From contig JBJOKS010000004.1 in NCBI GenBank assembly GCA_046045965.1, positions 64,001 to 128,000 of the forward strand: a stretch of 64,000 nt of DNA, written 5' to 3'. The notes under the pieces are model-generated. The model ran no database searches. It worked only from the letters and a program-made list of their open reading frames with translations, and was not told where the DNA came from. Both the position numbers and the translations under genes were made by a program. Source of the DNA: Cyanobacteriota bacterium. Its GTDB lineage: Bacteria > Cyanobacteriota > Cyanobacteriia > Cyanobacteriales > Nostocaceae. Positions 20,599 through 29,864 of the stretch are shown here, in pieces (positions within the stretch are counted from its first letter, which is position 1; the number at the start of each line of letters is the position of its first letter).

Positions 20599-22311
20599 TT
20601 AATAATAACTCGCTGATTTGCGATGATGCACAGCCGTCACACCATCTTGATTTAACACCTTCCCATCATTAACAGTGGCATAAACCAACCAATGATCACC
20701 GGCTTCCATGCGACTTTGAACAGAACACTCCAGGTAAGCTAAAGCACCATTCAGAATCACACCACCATTATTAGCTTCTGTGGTTTCCAAACCAGCAAAT
20801 CTATCTTGTCCAGGGGCGTAAACCTTCATAAAATGCTTGCGTATTTCCCGACCTTCGGCCAAGACATTGACAACAAATTGATTACCAGTGTAAGTCATGC
20901 TTTCCATTGCCCTATCCTTAGCTACCGCAATAGTTAAACCAGGAGGACTAAAGCTGGCTTGTGTTACCCAAGATGCTAACATCCCCGTTTTAACTTCCCC
21001 TTGAGTAGCGGTGACAACACACAGAGAACCAACAATGCGACCTACTGCTTGTTCGACATTAGTTGCAGGTTGTCTAGCGACAACAGATTTTCTAGCGGCG
21101 CGTTTTAATGCTTGAGCGAAATCTGTTCCTGCTTCTTCACAGGTTTGTAAGGTGACTTCGTTAGGTTTGAACTTAACGCGGATGGTGTCAAAACCAAATC
21201 TGTAACCTGCATCTTTGAGTTTACTTTCTATTAAATCAACTGCTTCCCCACTCCAACCAAAAGAACCGAAAACACCAGCGAGTTTATTGTTAGTAGCTGT
21301 TGATAAAACGATTCCTAAAGCTGTTTGCACTGGTGTGGGTGCGTGGCCTCCTAATGTGGGAGAACCGATCACAAAACCTGCGGATTTTTCGATAGCGGTT
21401 TTGATTTCTTCGGGATCTGCAAATTCGCAATTTATTGATTCAACACTGACACCTGCTTTAGTTATACCACGAGCGATCGCACCTGCTAAAGTTGCAGTAT
21501 TGCCATAAGCAGAAGCATAAATCAAAGTTACGCTCATTTCGGCGTTAGTTTGTTGCTTGATCCATTCTCGATAAGAATGAGTAAGTTCTTGTAAAGCATA
21601 TCTTACCAAAGGACCATGACCAGTAGCATACAACCTCACTGGCAAATCTGCCAATTTATCCAAAGCTGTTTCTACTTGTTTAGCGTGGGGAGCCATGAGA
21701 CAATCGAAATAATAGCGGCGATCTTCATTAAAGACTTCCCAACCTTCATCAAATACTTGATCACCACAAATATGCGCTCCAAATAATTTATCGGTAAATA
21801 AGATATTTGTTTGTGGATCATAAGTACAAAGTTCGTCAGCGTAACGGGGGTTAGGTGTAGGAATAAATTGTAAATTATGTCCTTTACCTAAATCTAAAGT
21901 TTCATCACCCCGCATTACTAAGATTGGTAAATCCTCATTTTCTAAAGCTGCACGTAAATTTATTGCTCCTGGGTTGGAACAAACAAAAGTAATTTGTGGT
22001 GCAATTTCTAGTAAAGCTTTTAATGTTGCCGCCCGGTTAGGATTGATATGACCAAGAATTACATAATCAATGGTTTTGATATCAATTCTTTTTTGTAAAG
22101 CATCTAAATAAATTTCCGTAAAAGTTTCACCAGGAGGATCAATTAAGGCAATTTTCTCACCTTGAATTAAAAAAGAATTAGCAGTTGTACCTTTAGCCAA
22201 AGCATATTCTATTTCAAATCTTAACCTTGCCCAACTGCGCGATCGCAATATTGTTGTATTTGTACCAATAGGCAAAATTTGTACATCACGGGGCTTAGAA
22301 TTTTCTGACAT
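20599..22311 (-). CDS. flv1: Flavodiiron protein Flv1 (Flv1A-like)
   Basis: PRDVQILPI, RLRFEIEYALAKGTTANS, non-canonical metal site (GHINPNR), flavodoxin and flavin-reductase domains; downstream of flv3. Confidence 0.9.
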   Translation of the reverse strand: MSENSKPRDVQILPIGTNTTILRSRSWARLRFEIEYALAKGTTANSFLIQGEKIALIDPPGETFTEIYLDALQKRIDIKTIDYVILGHINPNRAATLKALLEIAPQITFVCSNPGAINLRAALENEDLPILVMRGDETLDLGKGHNLQFIPTPNPRYADELCTYDPQTNILFTDKLFGAHICGDQVFDEGWEVFNEDRRYYFDCLMAPHAKQVETALDKLADLPVRLYATGHGPLVRYALQELTHSYREWIKQQTNAEMSVTLIYASAYGNTATLAGAIARGITKAGVSVESINCEFADPEEIKTAIEKSAGFVIGSPTLGGHAPTPVQTALGIVLSTATNNKLAGVFGSFGWSGEAVDLIESKLKDAGYRFGFDTIRVKFKPNEVTLQTCEEAGTDFAQALKRAARKSVVARQPATNVEQAVGRIVGSLCVVTATQGEVKTGMLASWVTQASFSPPGLTIAVAKDRAMESMTYTGNQFVVNVLAEGREIRKHFMKVYAPGQDRFAGLETTEANNGGVILNGALAYLECSVQSRMEAGDHWLVYATVNDGKVLNQDGVTAVHHRKSASYY

Positions 22312-22622
22312 AATTTTAATCTCCATTTCTTAATATCTTTCTTGTATTTATATTGTTTATTTCAACTTCAAGACATTCAACAAAAACAAATTCAACCAAC
22401 CAAAAGCAAAATACCTCAAACTCTTATTTCTCAGCGTTCTCTGCGTCCTCTGCGGTTCGTTTATCAAATAATTGGTTTCTGAAAAATTCCCAAAAAACCC
22501 AACTGTATAATACCTGATTTTTAGTAAGGTGGACATTGCCCACCCTACAAGATCATTAACAATTCATAATTCGCCATTTTTAATTTCTCTTCAATTACGA
22601 ATTACGAATTACAAATTACCAA

Positions 22623-24371
22623 TTAATAGTGATTACCTACTTTACGATGGTGAACTGCTGTCAGTGCTTCCGGTTTGGAGACTCTACCCGCATAAACCGT
22701 ACTATACACCGCCCAATGATCGCCACAGTCCATCCGGCTAACTACTTCACATTCCATGTAAGCTAAAGCATCACCCAAAATAGGCGCTCCATTTTCCGCA
22801 GGTTGGGTTTTGACTCCTTCAAAACGATCAGCACCAGGAGCGAACCGTTTTAAGAAGTGTTTCATTAATGGTTGATAATTGCCTTCTTCCAGTACATTGA
22901 GAACAAAGCGATCGCCTACTTGCATCAAGGATTCAATTGCGCGATCTTTAGCTACCGCAATGGAAAAACCCAAGGGTTTAAAACTCGCTTGACTCACCCA
23001 AGAAGCTAACATGGCGCTAGATACATCGCCTTTTTTAGCTGTGATGATATACAAACCGCCGCTAATTCTCCCCAATGCTTTATCTAAATCAGCACCTAGA
23101 GACTTCATAGCTTTGATGCTTTTATCTCTTGTTACCCATTGTGCTAAATCAGTTCCCGCTTCTTCGCATTTTTTGTAAATGTTTTCTGTCGGTGTTTCCC
23201 GAATTTCAATTACAGGAAAAGCTACATTCAAACCCGCAGCGCGGAATTTATTCAACAGTGGGTAAGTAGGTTCATCATCACCACCACCGGTTTCAAAAAT
23301 ACCAATGGCTTGTTTTTCGTTAGCAGATCCTAAAACCGTACTCAATGCAGTTTGAACACTGATATTACTAGATACGGGCGGCATTCCCACGACTAGCCCT
23401 TTACAACGTCCTACAAGTTCCCGTAACTCTTGTAAATCAACTGTTCCACCCAAATCCACCGCCTCTACAGCTACCCCAGTTTTTACGATACCATTGGTAA
23501 TAGATTGTGCTAGGCGATCGCTAAATCCATACTCAGAAATATAAAATACACCAACAGTTGTTTCTGCTTTGGTTTGGTTTTGACTCCAATTGCGGTAACG
23601 TCCCGTTAATTCTTCAACATTGTGATATAATAACGGACCATGACCTGTAGCAATCATCTTGATGGTTTTTAATTCTGCCATCCGCTTCATTGCAGAAAGC
23701 ACAGAACGGGCATTAGGACCCATCAAGCAGTCATAATAATATTGAAAATCTTTTTCAATGGCTGCCAAGTTATCATCAAAAGTGCTGTCTGTGCAGTAAT
23801 GCAAGCCAAAAGCATCGCAGGTAAAGAGAATTTGGGTTTTGTGGTCAAAGCTAAAAATAGTATCAGGCCAGTGTAAATTAGGCGCAATTACAAATTCAAA
23901 CTCGTGACCATTACCGAGATCCAAGCGATCGCCATTTTTAACAATACGACGTTTAAACGGCTGATGTACCAAATCTTCTAAAAATTGAATTGCTACCTTA
24001 GAACCTACCACAGTTATCTCAGGAGCTTTTTGCAGCAAGTCTTTCACCAAGCCGCTGTGATCCGGTTCTGTGTGGCTGATAATTAAATAATCAATATCTT
24101 GCGGATTGATTAAACCAGTGAGTGTATCAAAATATAGTTGGCGAAACTTTTCATGAGACGTATCAACTAGGGCTGTTTGCTCACCACGGATCAGAAATGA
24201 GTTATACGTTGTACCGTTTTGCAGACCAAACTCAATATCAAAGCGATCGCGATCCCAGTCCAAAGAACGAATAGCCGTGGTATCCTGAGAAATTTCTACA
24301 GTCTGTATGGTGAGCCGTTTTGCAGGGGCTGTGTTTCCCTGTCCATCATGTTTATCGGTGAGCAATACCAT
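22623..24371 (-). CDS. flv3: Flavodiiron protein Flv3 (Flv3A-like)
   Basis: RFDIEFGLQNGTTYNS, canonical HTEPDH, LHWPD, TCDAFG, HHRKVGNHY. Confidence 0.93.
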   Translation of the reverse strand: MVLLTDKHDGQGNTAPAKRLTIQTVEISQDTTAIRSLDWDRDRFDIEFGLQNGTTYNSFLIRGEQTALVDTSHEKFRQLYFDTLTGLINPQDIDYLIISHTEPDHSGLVKDLLQKAPEITVVGSKVAIQFLEDLVHQPFKRRIVKNGDRLDLGNGHEFEFVIAPNLHWPDTIFSFDHKTQILFTCDAFGLHYCTDSTFDDNLAAIEKDFQYYYDCLMGPNARSVLSAMKRMAELKTIKMIATGHGPLLYHNVEELTGRYRNWSQNQTKAETTVGVFYISEYGFSDRLAQSITNGIVKTGVAVEAVDLGGTVDLQELRELVGRCKGLVVGMPPVSSNISVQTALSTVLGSANEKQAIGIFETGGGDDEPTYPLLNKFRAAGLNVAFPVIEIRETPTENIYKKCEEAGTDLAQWVTRDKSIKAMKSLGADLDKALGRISGGLYIITAKKGDVSSAMLASWVSQASFKPLGFSIAVAKDRAIESLMQVGDRFVLNVLEEGNYQPLMKHFLKRFAPGADRFEGVKTQPAENGAPILGDALAYMECEVVSRMDCGDHWAVYSTVYAGRVSKPEALTAVHHRKVGNHY

Positions 24372-24483
24372 AACTCCCCTCCTTGACTTTCATTGAGTAT
24401 TTATTCCTCTTCCATTATTGTGACACGGGTTGAATATAACTTTTTCTTGAAAAACCTATAACTGACTTAAGAAAGTTAAAACT

Positions 24484-25290
24484 GTGAAACAGAATATCCA
24501 ACCACAACATAAAAATAGCCCTTGGTTAGCCTTAATGGTTGGTAATTCCCGGCTACATTGGGCTTTGTTTATAGATCAAGCTCTTGACTCAGCCTGGGAT
24601 ACAGAGCATCTATCAGAGTCTGATATAGAACAATTAGCAAAAACAAATACTCTGCCGCTTCCCCCGTCTTATTCTCACCCCATTTTCCTATCTCCCAACC
24701 TGCCTATTACTCTTGTCTTAGCCTCTGTAGTTCCCAGTCAAACACAACTTTGGCAAACTTACCCAAATCATCGTTTAATTACCTTATACCAAATTCCTAT
24801 TCTGGAAATGTATCATACATTGGGCATTGATCGCGCTTTGGCTTTATTAGGTGCTGGTAAATCTTATGGATTTCCTATATTAGTAATTGATGCGGGAACT
24901 GCATTAACATTGACAGGTGCAGACTCAAATCCGCGTCTCATTGGTGGCGCTATTTTACCCGGTTTAGGTTTACAATTTACTAGTTTAGGACAAAAAACCG
25001 CACAATTACCATTGTTAAAAACTAGCGAAATTAGGGAATTACCGCCACGTTTTGCTATGGATACATCCCAAGCCATTCAAAGTGGTATAATTTACACTTT
25101 ATTAGCAGGAATAAAAGAGTTTATTGATGAGTGGTTATCGTTATTTCCTGATAGTAAAATTGCCATGACTGGTGGAGATAGTGATTTATTGAAAACCTAT
25201 CTTGAAATTCAGTTTTCAGAAATAGGTGAAAAGATAATTTTAGATAAAAATTTGATATTTTGGGGAATGCGAGAAGTTCATTTTGTCTGA
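24484..25290 (+). CDS. coaX: Type III pantothenate kinase
   Basis: MVGNSRLHWA, ASVVP, LGIDRA, VIDAGTALT, GGAILPG and TGGD motifs. Confidence 0.92.
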   Translation: MKQNIQPQHKNSPWLALMVGNSRLHWALFIDQALDSAWDTEHLSESDIEQLAKTNTLPLPPSYSHPIFLSPNLPITLVLASVVPSQTQLWQTYPNHRLITLYQIPILEMYHTLGIDRALALLGAGKSYGFPILVIDAGTALTLTGADSNPRLIGGAILPGLGLQFTSLGQKTAQLPLLKTSEIRELPPRFAMDTSQAIQSGIIYTLLAGIKEFIDEWLSLFPDSKIAMTGGDSDLLKTYLEIQFSEIGEKIILDKNLIFWGMREVHFV

Positions 25291-25457
25291 ATCAGGATAT
25301 CCAGGATTTGAGGATTTACAGGATTGTTTTTGATGATTTTAATAATTTTGATTGGGGAGAAATTGGTATTTGTCTGAATCAGGATATCCAGGATTTAAGG
25401 ATTTACAGGATTTTTTTGATGATTTTAATAATGGAGATTTGGGAAATGATTGGTATT
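25283..25457 (+). repeat. Tandem duplication of an ~87-bp unit containing a 43-bp dispersed repeat
   Basis: TTGTCTGAATCAGGATATCCAGGATTT(G/A)AGGATTTACAGGATT at 25283 and 25370; inverted copies at 44728-44770 and 45451-45493. Confidence 0.85.
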
Positions 25458-25465
25458 TTGCGATC

Positions 25466-25639
25466 TCATAATCTACAATCTGCTAAGGTGTTAGGTGGTT
25501 TAATTTGCAGATGTTTCACTACACATTGAGGATGGTTAGGTAAATCTAAATCTTGTGCTAAATAGGTATCACCAAACGCACCGCTACCCAAAACGCGGAT
25601 GATTTGATAACGTTGACGTAGCTTGACACCTATCACCAT
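25466..25639 (-). pseudogene. Truncated Ser/Thr protein kinase (N-lobe only)
   Basis: MVIGVKLRQRYQIIRVLGSGAFGDTYLAQDLDLPNHPQCVVKHL...* contains the Gly-rich loop and catalytic Lys, then stops after 57 aa. Confidence 0.8.
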
Positions 25640-25776
25640 CTGACTTACAGAGAAAAAGCAGATACGGTAGTTATTGTGTCACATTCTTTTAATAAAGGCA
25701 ATATGGGTGATGGGGTGATGGGGAGAATAACAAGCAACTAATGACTAATGACCAATAACTAATGACTAATGACTAA

Positions 25777-26271
25777 TTATGCCAAAGTTGTTAAACCTTG
25801 TAAATAATCTTCTAACTGTCTAGCATGATCATGAGACATTTTTGGTTGAGGTAAAGAACTAGGATCAAAAGCTTGAATTTCTAAGACTTCTAAATTATCT
25901 TGAACTTTCATTTCTCCTTGTACTTCAGCTTCAACCACAATACAAATTGAATGAATTCTCGGATCTCGATCTGGTGCGGAATAAACTCCAACTAAACGCC
26001 GAATTTTCAGCAATTCTAGTCCAGTTTCCTCCATTAACTCGCGACGGACTGCACTAGAAATATCCTCTCCCCAGTCCACCATACCACCAGGTAAAGACCA
26101 GCAACCATCATCACTGCGGCGAATAAGGACAATTCGACCATCAGGTAAAATCGGAATAACGCTAGTACCAGTAATGGGATGGCGAAAAATAATACCCAAT
26201 ACTGTTTGTCCAACGTGCCATAAGCTACGAGGGGACTGAATTAATGAAGTAAAAAAAGCTAGGATATTCAA
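25777..26271 (-). CDS. NUDIX hydrolase
   Basis: Nudix box GGMVDWGEDISSAVRRELMEETGL; start codon uncertain. Confidence 0.92.
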   Translation of the reverse strand: MNILAFFTSLIQSPRSLWHVGQTVLGIIFRHPITGTSVIPILPDGRIVLIRRSDDGCWSLPGGMVDWGEDISSAVRRELMEETGLELLKIRRLVGVYSAPDRDPRIHSICIVVEAEVQGEMKVQDNLEVLEIQAFDPSSLPQPKMSHDHARQLEDYLQGLTTLA

Positions 26272-26779
26272 TCTTCAAATGTTTGTGTTGTACTTGATAA
26301 TTGCCTAGCACTTAATAGAAATGTAACTCACGAAATATTAATTGCGTTTTGTTTTATACAAATCTATAGAGTGTTGGGGATATTATTCTCATGCTGATCT
26401 TGAGAATTAGTCAATTTTAACATCTGCTTTCAGTAACCGCATAGGATTTACCAATACAATCGATTAGTGAACCAATAAACCTTTGCTACTTTTTTAAATG
26501 TATTGCTGGTTTAAATTATTGAGGAATTGTTTAAATAAATTAGCCTTTATTGACATCAGTCAACTATTTGTGATCCCAGGATGGATAATTGAGATCAAAA
26601 TAGTCACTATTGGAGAAATAATCATAAATTTACCTTGACATAGCCTATTTAAATCAGGTATAATGGTATGCTGTTCAAAGCATTGTGATTTTCTGCACTA
26701 GGCTAAAAGTGTATCAATAACATCGGTAACTAAATATTGCCTAAGTGTAGGTTTTTTGTTGTTTATTCATGAGGTGAAT

Positions 26780-26953
26780 ATGGCCAAGCGCCGTAACCCG
26801 AAAAAAGAAAAGGCGCTACGGAACCAGGCTTATGCCAGAAAGTTTCGTAAACGGACTACGACAGGAAGAATGCAAAGAAGGTTCCAACAAAGACCACCTA
26901 AGAGTGAAGAAGATGAAGGAACAGGAGCAGCAGCAATGGATGCAGCTGATTAA
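26780..26953 (+). CDS. Small highly basic protein with acidic tail
   Basis: GAGGTG RBS before ATG; MAKRRNPKKEKALRNQAYARKFRKR...; own terminator downstream. Confidence 0.75.
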   Translation: MAKRRNPKKEKALRNQAYARKFRKRTTTGRMQRRFQQRPPKSEEDEGTGAAAMDAAD

Positions 26954-27001
26954 TTTGACTGTTTGAAAATTACTTTACTTTGGAATTAATTTGCTATGTT
27001 C

Positions 27002-27039
27002 GGGCGTACATCTACTTATATTTGTACGCCCTTATTTTT
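27002..27039 (+). terminator. Intrinsic terminator
   Basis: GGGCGTACA...TGTACGCCC followed by TTATTTTT. Confidence 0.65.
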
Positions 27040-27168
27040 AGGTGACTGAGGAATGGGAAGAAAGCAGGGGAAGCAGGGGGGAGAATATTAACTTTTGCCT
27101 ATTGCATGAGTGCTTTTTGCCTTCTGTTAGCAATTACCAATTACCAATTACCAATTACCTAGACATTG

Positions 27169-28551
27169 TTATAGAATTTGAGTTTTGGCTGTGGAGATAG
27201 CCTGTTTAACTTGCTCAAAACCTGTACCGCCGTAACTGTTGCGGGCTGCAACTACTTGACGAGGAGATATAGCTGCATAAATATCCGCTGCAAAGGATGG
27301 GTGTATTTGTTGCCACTCTTCTAGGGTTAAATCTTTGAGAAGTTTACCAGCAGCTATACTGGTTTTTACGACCTTACCGACGATATTGTAAGCTTCCCGG
27401 AAGGGTACGCCTCTTGCTGCCAAATAATCTGCTACATCGGTAGCGTTAGCAAAGTCTTCTGTAACTGCTTGTGCTAGTCGCTGGGTACGAAATTCTAAAC
27501 CTTCCCGCAACAAAATTGTCATTGCTTCTAAACAGGCTTTGACGGTGTTAACGCTGTCAAATATGCCTTCTTTGTCTTCTTGCAAGTCTTTGTTATAGGC
27601 CAGGGGTAAACCTTTCATAATGACTAACATCGCCTGGAGATGACCAAAAACACGCCCTGTTTTCCCGCGCACTAATTCTGGTACATCCGGGTTTTTCTTT
27701 TGAGGCATGATGCTAGAACCTGTGGCACAGCTATCTTTGAGGGTGACAAAGCGAAATTCTTCTGATGCCCAAAGGATGACTTCTTCTGAAAGACGGCTGA
27801 GGTGAACCATGATTATACTAGCAGCACACAGAAATTCGATGGCAAAATCGCGATCGCTCACTCCATCCAAGCTATTAGCATAAATACTGTCAAAATGCAA
27901 TAGTTTAGCTGTGTAATGTCTGTCAATGGGAAAAGTTGTTCCCGCTAAAGCCCCACAACCCAAGGGGGAAATATTCACCCGTTTGTCAACATCTCCTAAC
28001 CGTTCCCAGTCCCGTTGTGCCATCTGAAAGTACGCTAGGAGGTGATGAGCTAAACTCAGAGGTTGGGCGCGTTGGAGGTGAGTATAGCCAGGAATGAGGG
28101 TTTCAATATTTTGTTCCGCAATATCCAGTAATACCGTTTGAAATTCCCGTAAATACTGGCGAATTTGTTGAATTTGGTCGCGTAGATAAAGTCTGGTATC
28201 TGTTCCTACTTGGTCATTACGAGAACGGGCGGTATGCAGCTTTTTACCGACATCTCCCACAATTTCTGTGAGTCGCTTTTCTACAGCAAAATGCACATCT
28301 TCTGCATCAATACCAGGTTGAAATTGGCCTTGTCGGTATTCTTGGCGGACTTGTTCTAAACCCGTAACTAATTGCTCTCCTTCTTCTGGGGAAATAATTC
28401 CTGTGTGAGCCAGCATTTGGGCATGAGCTTGGGAACCAGTGATGTCATATTCTATGAGTTCAATGTCAAAAATTATACTGGCATTAAAGCGAGCGATCGC
28501 TGGATGTAGGGCGGTTTCAAACCGCTGGCTCCAAGTTTGTTTTTCGGTCAT
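27169..28551 (-). CDS. argH: Argininosuccinate lyase
   Basis: [22 protein letters not shown] and [12 protein letters not shown] motifs. Confidence 0.98.
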   Translation of the reverse strand: MTEKQTWSQRFETALHPAIARFNASIIFDIELIEYDITGSQAHAQMLAHTGIISPEEGEQLVTGLEQVRQEYRQGQFQPGIDAEDVHFAVEKRLTEIVGDVGKKLHTARSRNDQVGTDTRLYLRDQIQQIRQYLREFQTVLLDIAEQNIETLIPGYTHLQRAQPLSLAHHLLAYFQMAQRDWERLGDVDKRVNISPLGCGALAGTTFPIDRHYTAKLLHFDSIYANSLDGVSDRDFAIEFLCAASIIMVHLSRLSEEVILWASEEFRFVTLKDSCATGSSIMPQKKNPDVPELVRGKTGRVFGHLQAMLVIMKGLPLAYNKDLQEDKEGIFDSVNTVKACLEAMTILLREGLEFRTQRLAQAVTEDFANATDVADYLAARGVPFREAYNIVGKVVKTSIAAGKLLKDLTLEEWQQIHPSFAADIYAAISPRQVVAARNSYGGTGFEQVKQAISTAKTQIL

Positions 28552-28648
28552 AAATTAGAAAGGAGAGGAAATAATTATTTGTGATCTTAGATTTTGAATC
28601 AACATCAATCCAAAATCCAAAATCCAAAATCCAAAATCTAAAATCCAT

Positions 28649-28861
28649 TTAACCGTAACTGGTTAAACTCTTAAATAAATAGCCAATAATTATACCAGTC
28701 AACATCGCCCATATTTGTCCTGTTTTGACAAAGTTGTTCCAAGCATTTTGCATCTGTCCTAAAACGTCTGGATCTTTGATGCTAGTAGCCACAAAGTTAA
28801 TATCAATGTGTATATTCCCCAAGAGGGAAAATAGCGGATCATGCAAATGTAAATATTCCAT
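28649..28861 (-). CDS. Small membrane protein, hypothetical
   Basis: C-terminal hydrophobic helix WNNFVKTGQIWAMLTGIIIGYLFKSLTSYG. Confidence 0.65.
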   Translation of the reverse strand: MEYLHLHDPLFSLLGNIHIDINFVATSIKDPDVLGQMQNAWNNFVKTGQIWAMLTGIIIGYLFKSLTSYG

Positions 28862-28964
28862 AATGCCTTTACCAAAAGGGTTATCAGCTGTGTTATTGAA
28901 TTTGAAGTAATCTATCCCATAACACGTTACCGCAATTATACGCAGTTTCTACTTTAATAGCCTA

Positions 28965-29750
28965 CTAAATCTGAGATGCCAAGCGCAATTTCTCGGAAGT
29001 TCGCAAAATTTGACCTGCTAAAACTGCTGCACCGAAGCCGTTATCAATATTAACTACACCAATACCAGCAGCGCAAGAATTAAGCATTGTTAATAAAGGT
29101 GCTAAACCGCCAAAACTCGCGCCATAACCGATGCTGGTGGGAACAGCAATGACGGGAGAATCTGCTAAACCAGCTACCACGCTTGGTAAAGCGCCTTCCA
29201 TTCCCGCTACTACAATTAACACCGATGCTGAAGCAAGCAAGTGACGGTTATCTAGTAAGCGATGAATACCTGCTACACCCACATCCCAGAGACGCTGGAC
29301 ACGGAAACCGTAAAGTTCAGCCGTCACAGCTGCTTCTTCCGCAACCGGTAAATCAGCAGTACCAGCGGAAAGAATACCAATTTCTCCAGGGAAGATAGGT
29401 TCAATCACAGGGGGCTTAATGGCACAAATTCGCGCTAACTCAAAATATTGCAAACCTCTGACTTTTTTTTGCAGTTCTGCATAAACATCAAGGGAAATAC
29501 GTGTGGACATGACCACAGAAGCACGCTGACGCATAACTTCCATAATTTGAGCAATTTGATCAGGTGTTTTACCAGGACCCCAAATTACTTCCGGGAAACC
29601 AGTTCTTAAATGACGATGGTGGTCAATTTTAGCAAACTCACCTACAGATTCATAAGCTAAATCTTTGAGTGAGTCTAAGGCTATCTCTGGGCTAATTTTA
29701 CCATTAGCAACAGCTTCTAAGAGCGATCGCAAATTTTCAGGTTGACTCAT
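28965..29750 (-). CDS. larB: LarB / CpmA family AIR-carboxylase-like protein
   Basis: DHHRHLRTGFPEVIWGPGK, SAGTADLPVAEEA, DVGVAGIHRL, AGMEGALPSV and VVNIDNGFGAA motifs. Confidence 0.92.
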   Translation of the reverse strand: MSQPENLRSLLEAVANGKISPEIALDSLKDLAYESVGEFAKIDHHRHLRTGFPEVIWGPGKTPDQIAQIMEVMRQRASVVMSTRISLDVYAELQKKVRGLQYFELARICAIKPPVIEPIFPGEIGILSAGTADLPVAEEAAVTAELYGFRVQRLWDVGVAGIHRLLDNRHLLASASVLIVVAGMEGALPSVVAGLADSPVIAVPTSIGYGASFGGLAPLLTMLNSCAAGIGVVNIDNGFGAAVLAGQILRTSEKLRLASQI

Positions 29751-29752
29751 TC

Positions 29753-29864
29753 GATTTTGGATTTTGGATTTTGGATTGATATTTTGGTAATTGGTAATTG
29801 GTAATTAGATTATTCATCTTCCCAGTCCCCAGTAAAGAGTCCCCAGTCCCCAATCACCAGTCCC
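29753..29864. repeat. STRR heptamer arrays (GATTTTG, TGGTAAT, CCAGTCC)
   Basis: Tandem 7-mers between the ABC substrate-binding gene and larB. Confidence 0.8.

Noticed and set aside
20599..22311. Flv1 lacking canonical diiron ligands as a pseudogene
   Set aside because: The non-canonical site is a known property of Flv1/Flv2-type proteins, and the ORF is intact
25283..25457. Possible CRISPR array (43-bp repeat with ~44-bp spacing)
   Set aside because: Only two units, the 'spacers' resemble each other, the repeat is dispersed elsewhere, and no cas genes are present; this is a tandem duplication
25260..25529. 89-aa ORF with an internal repeat (CLNQDIQDLRIYRI x2)
   Set aside because: It is a translation of the tandem DNA repeat
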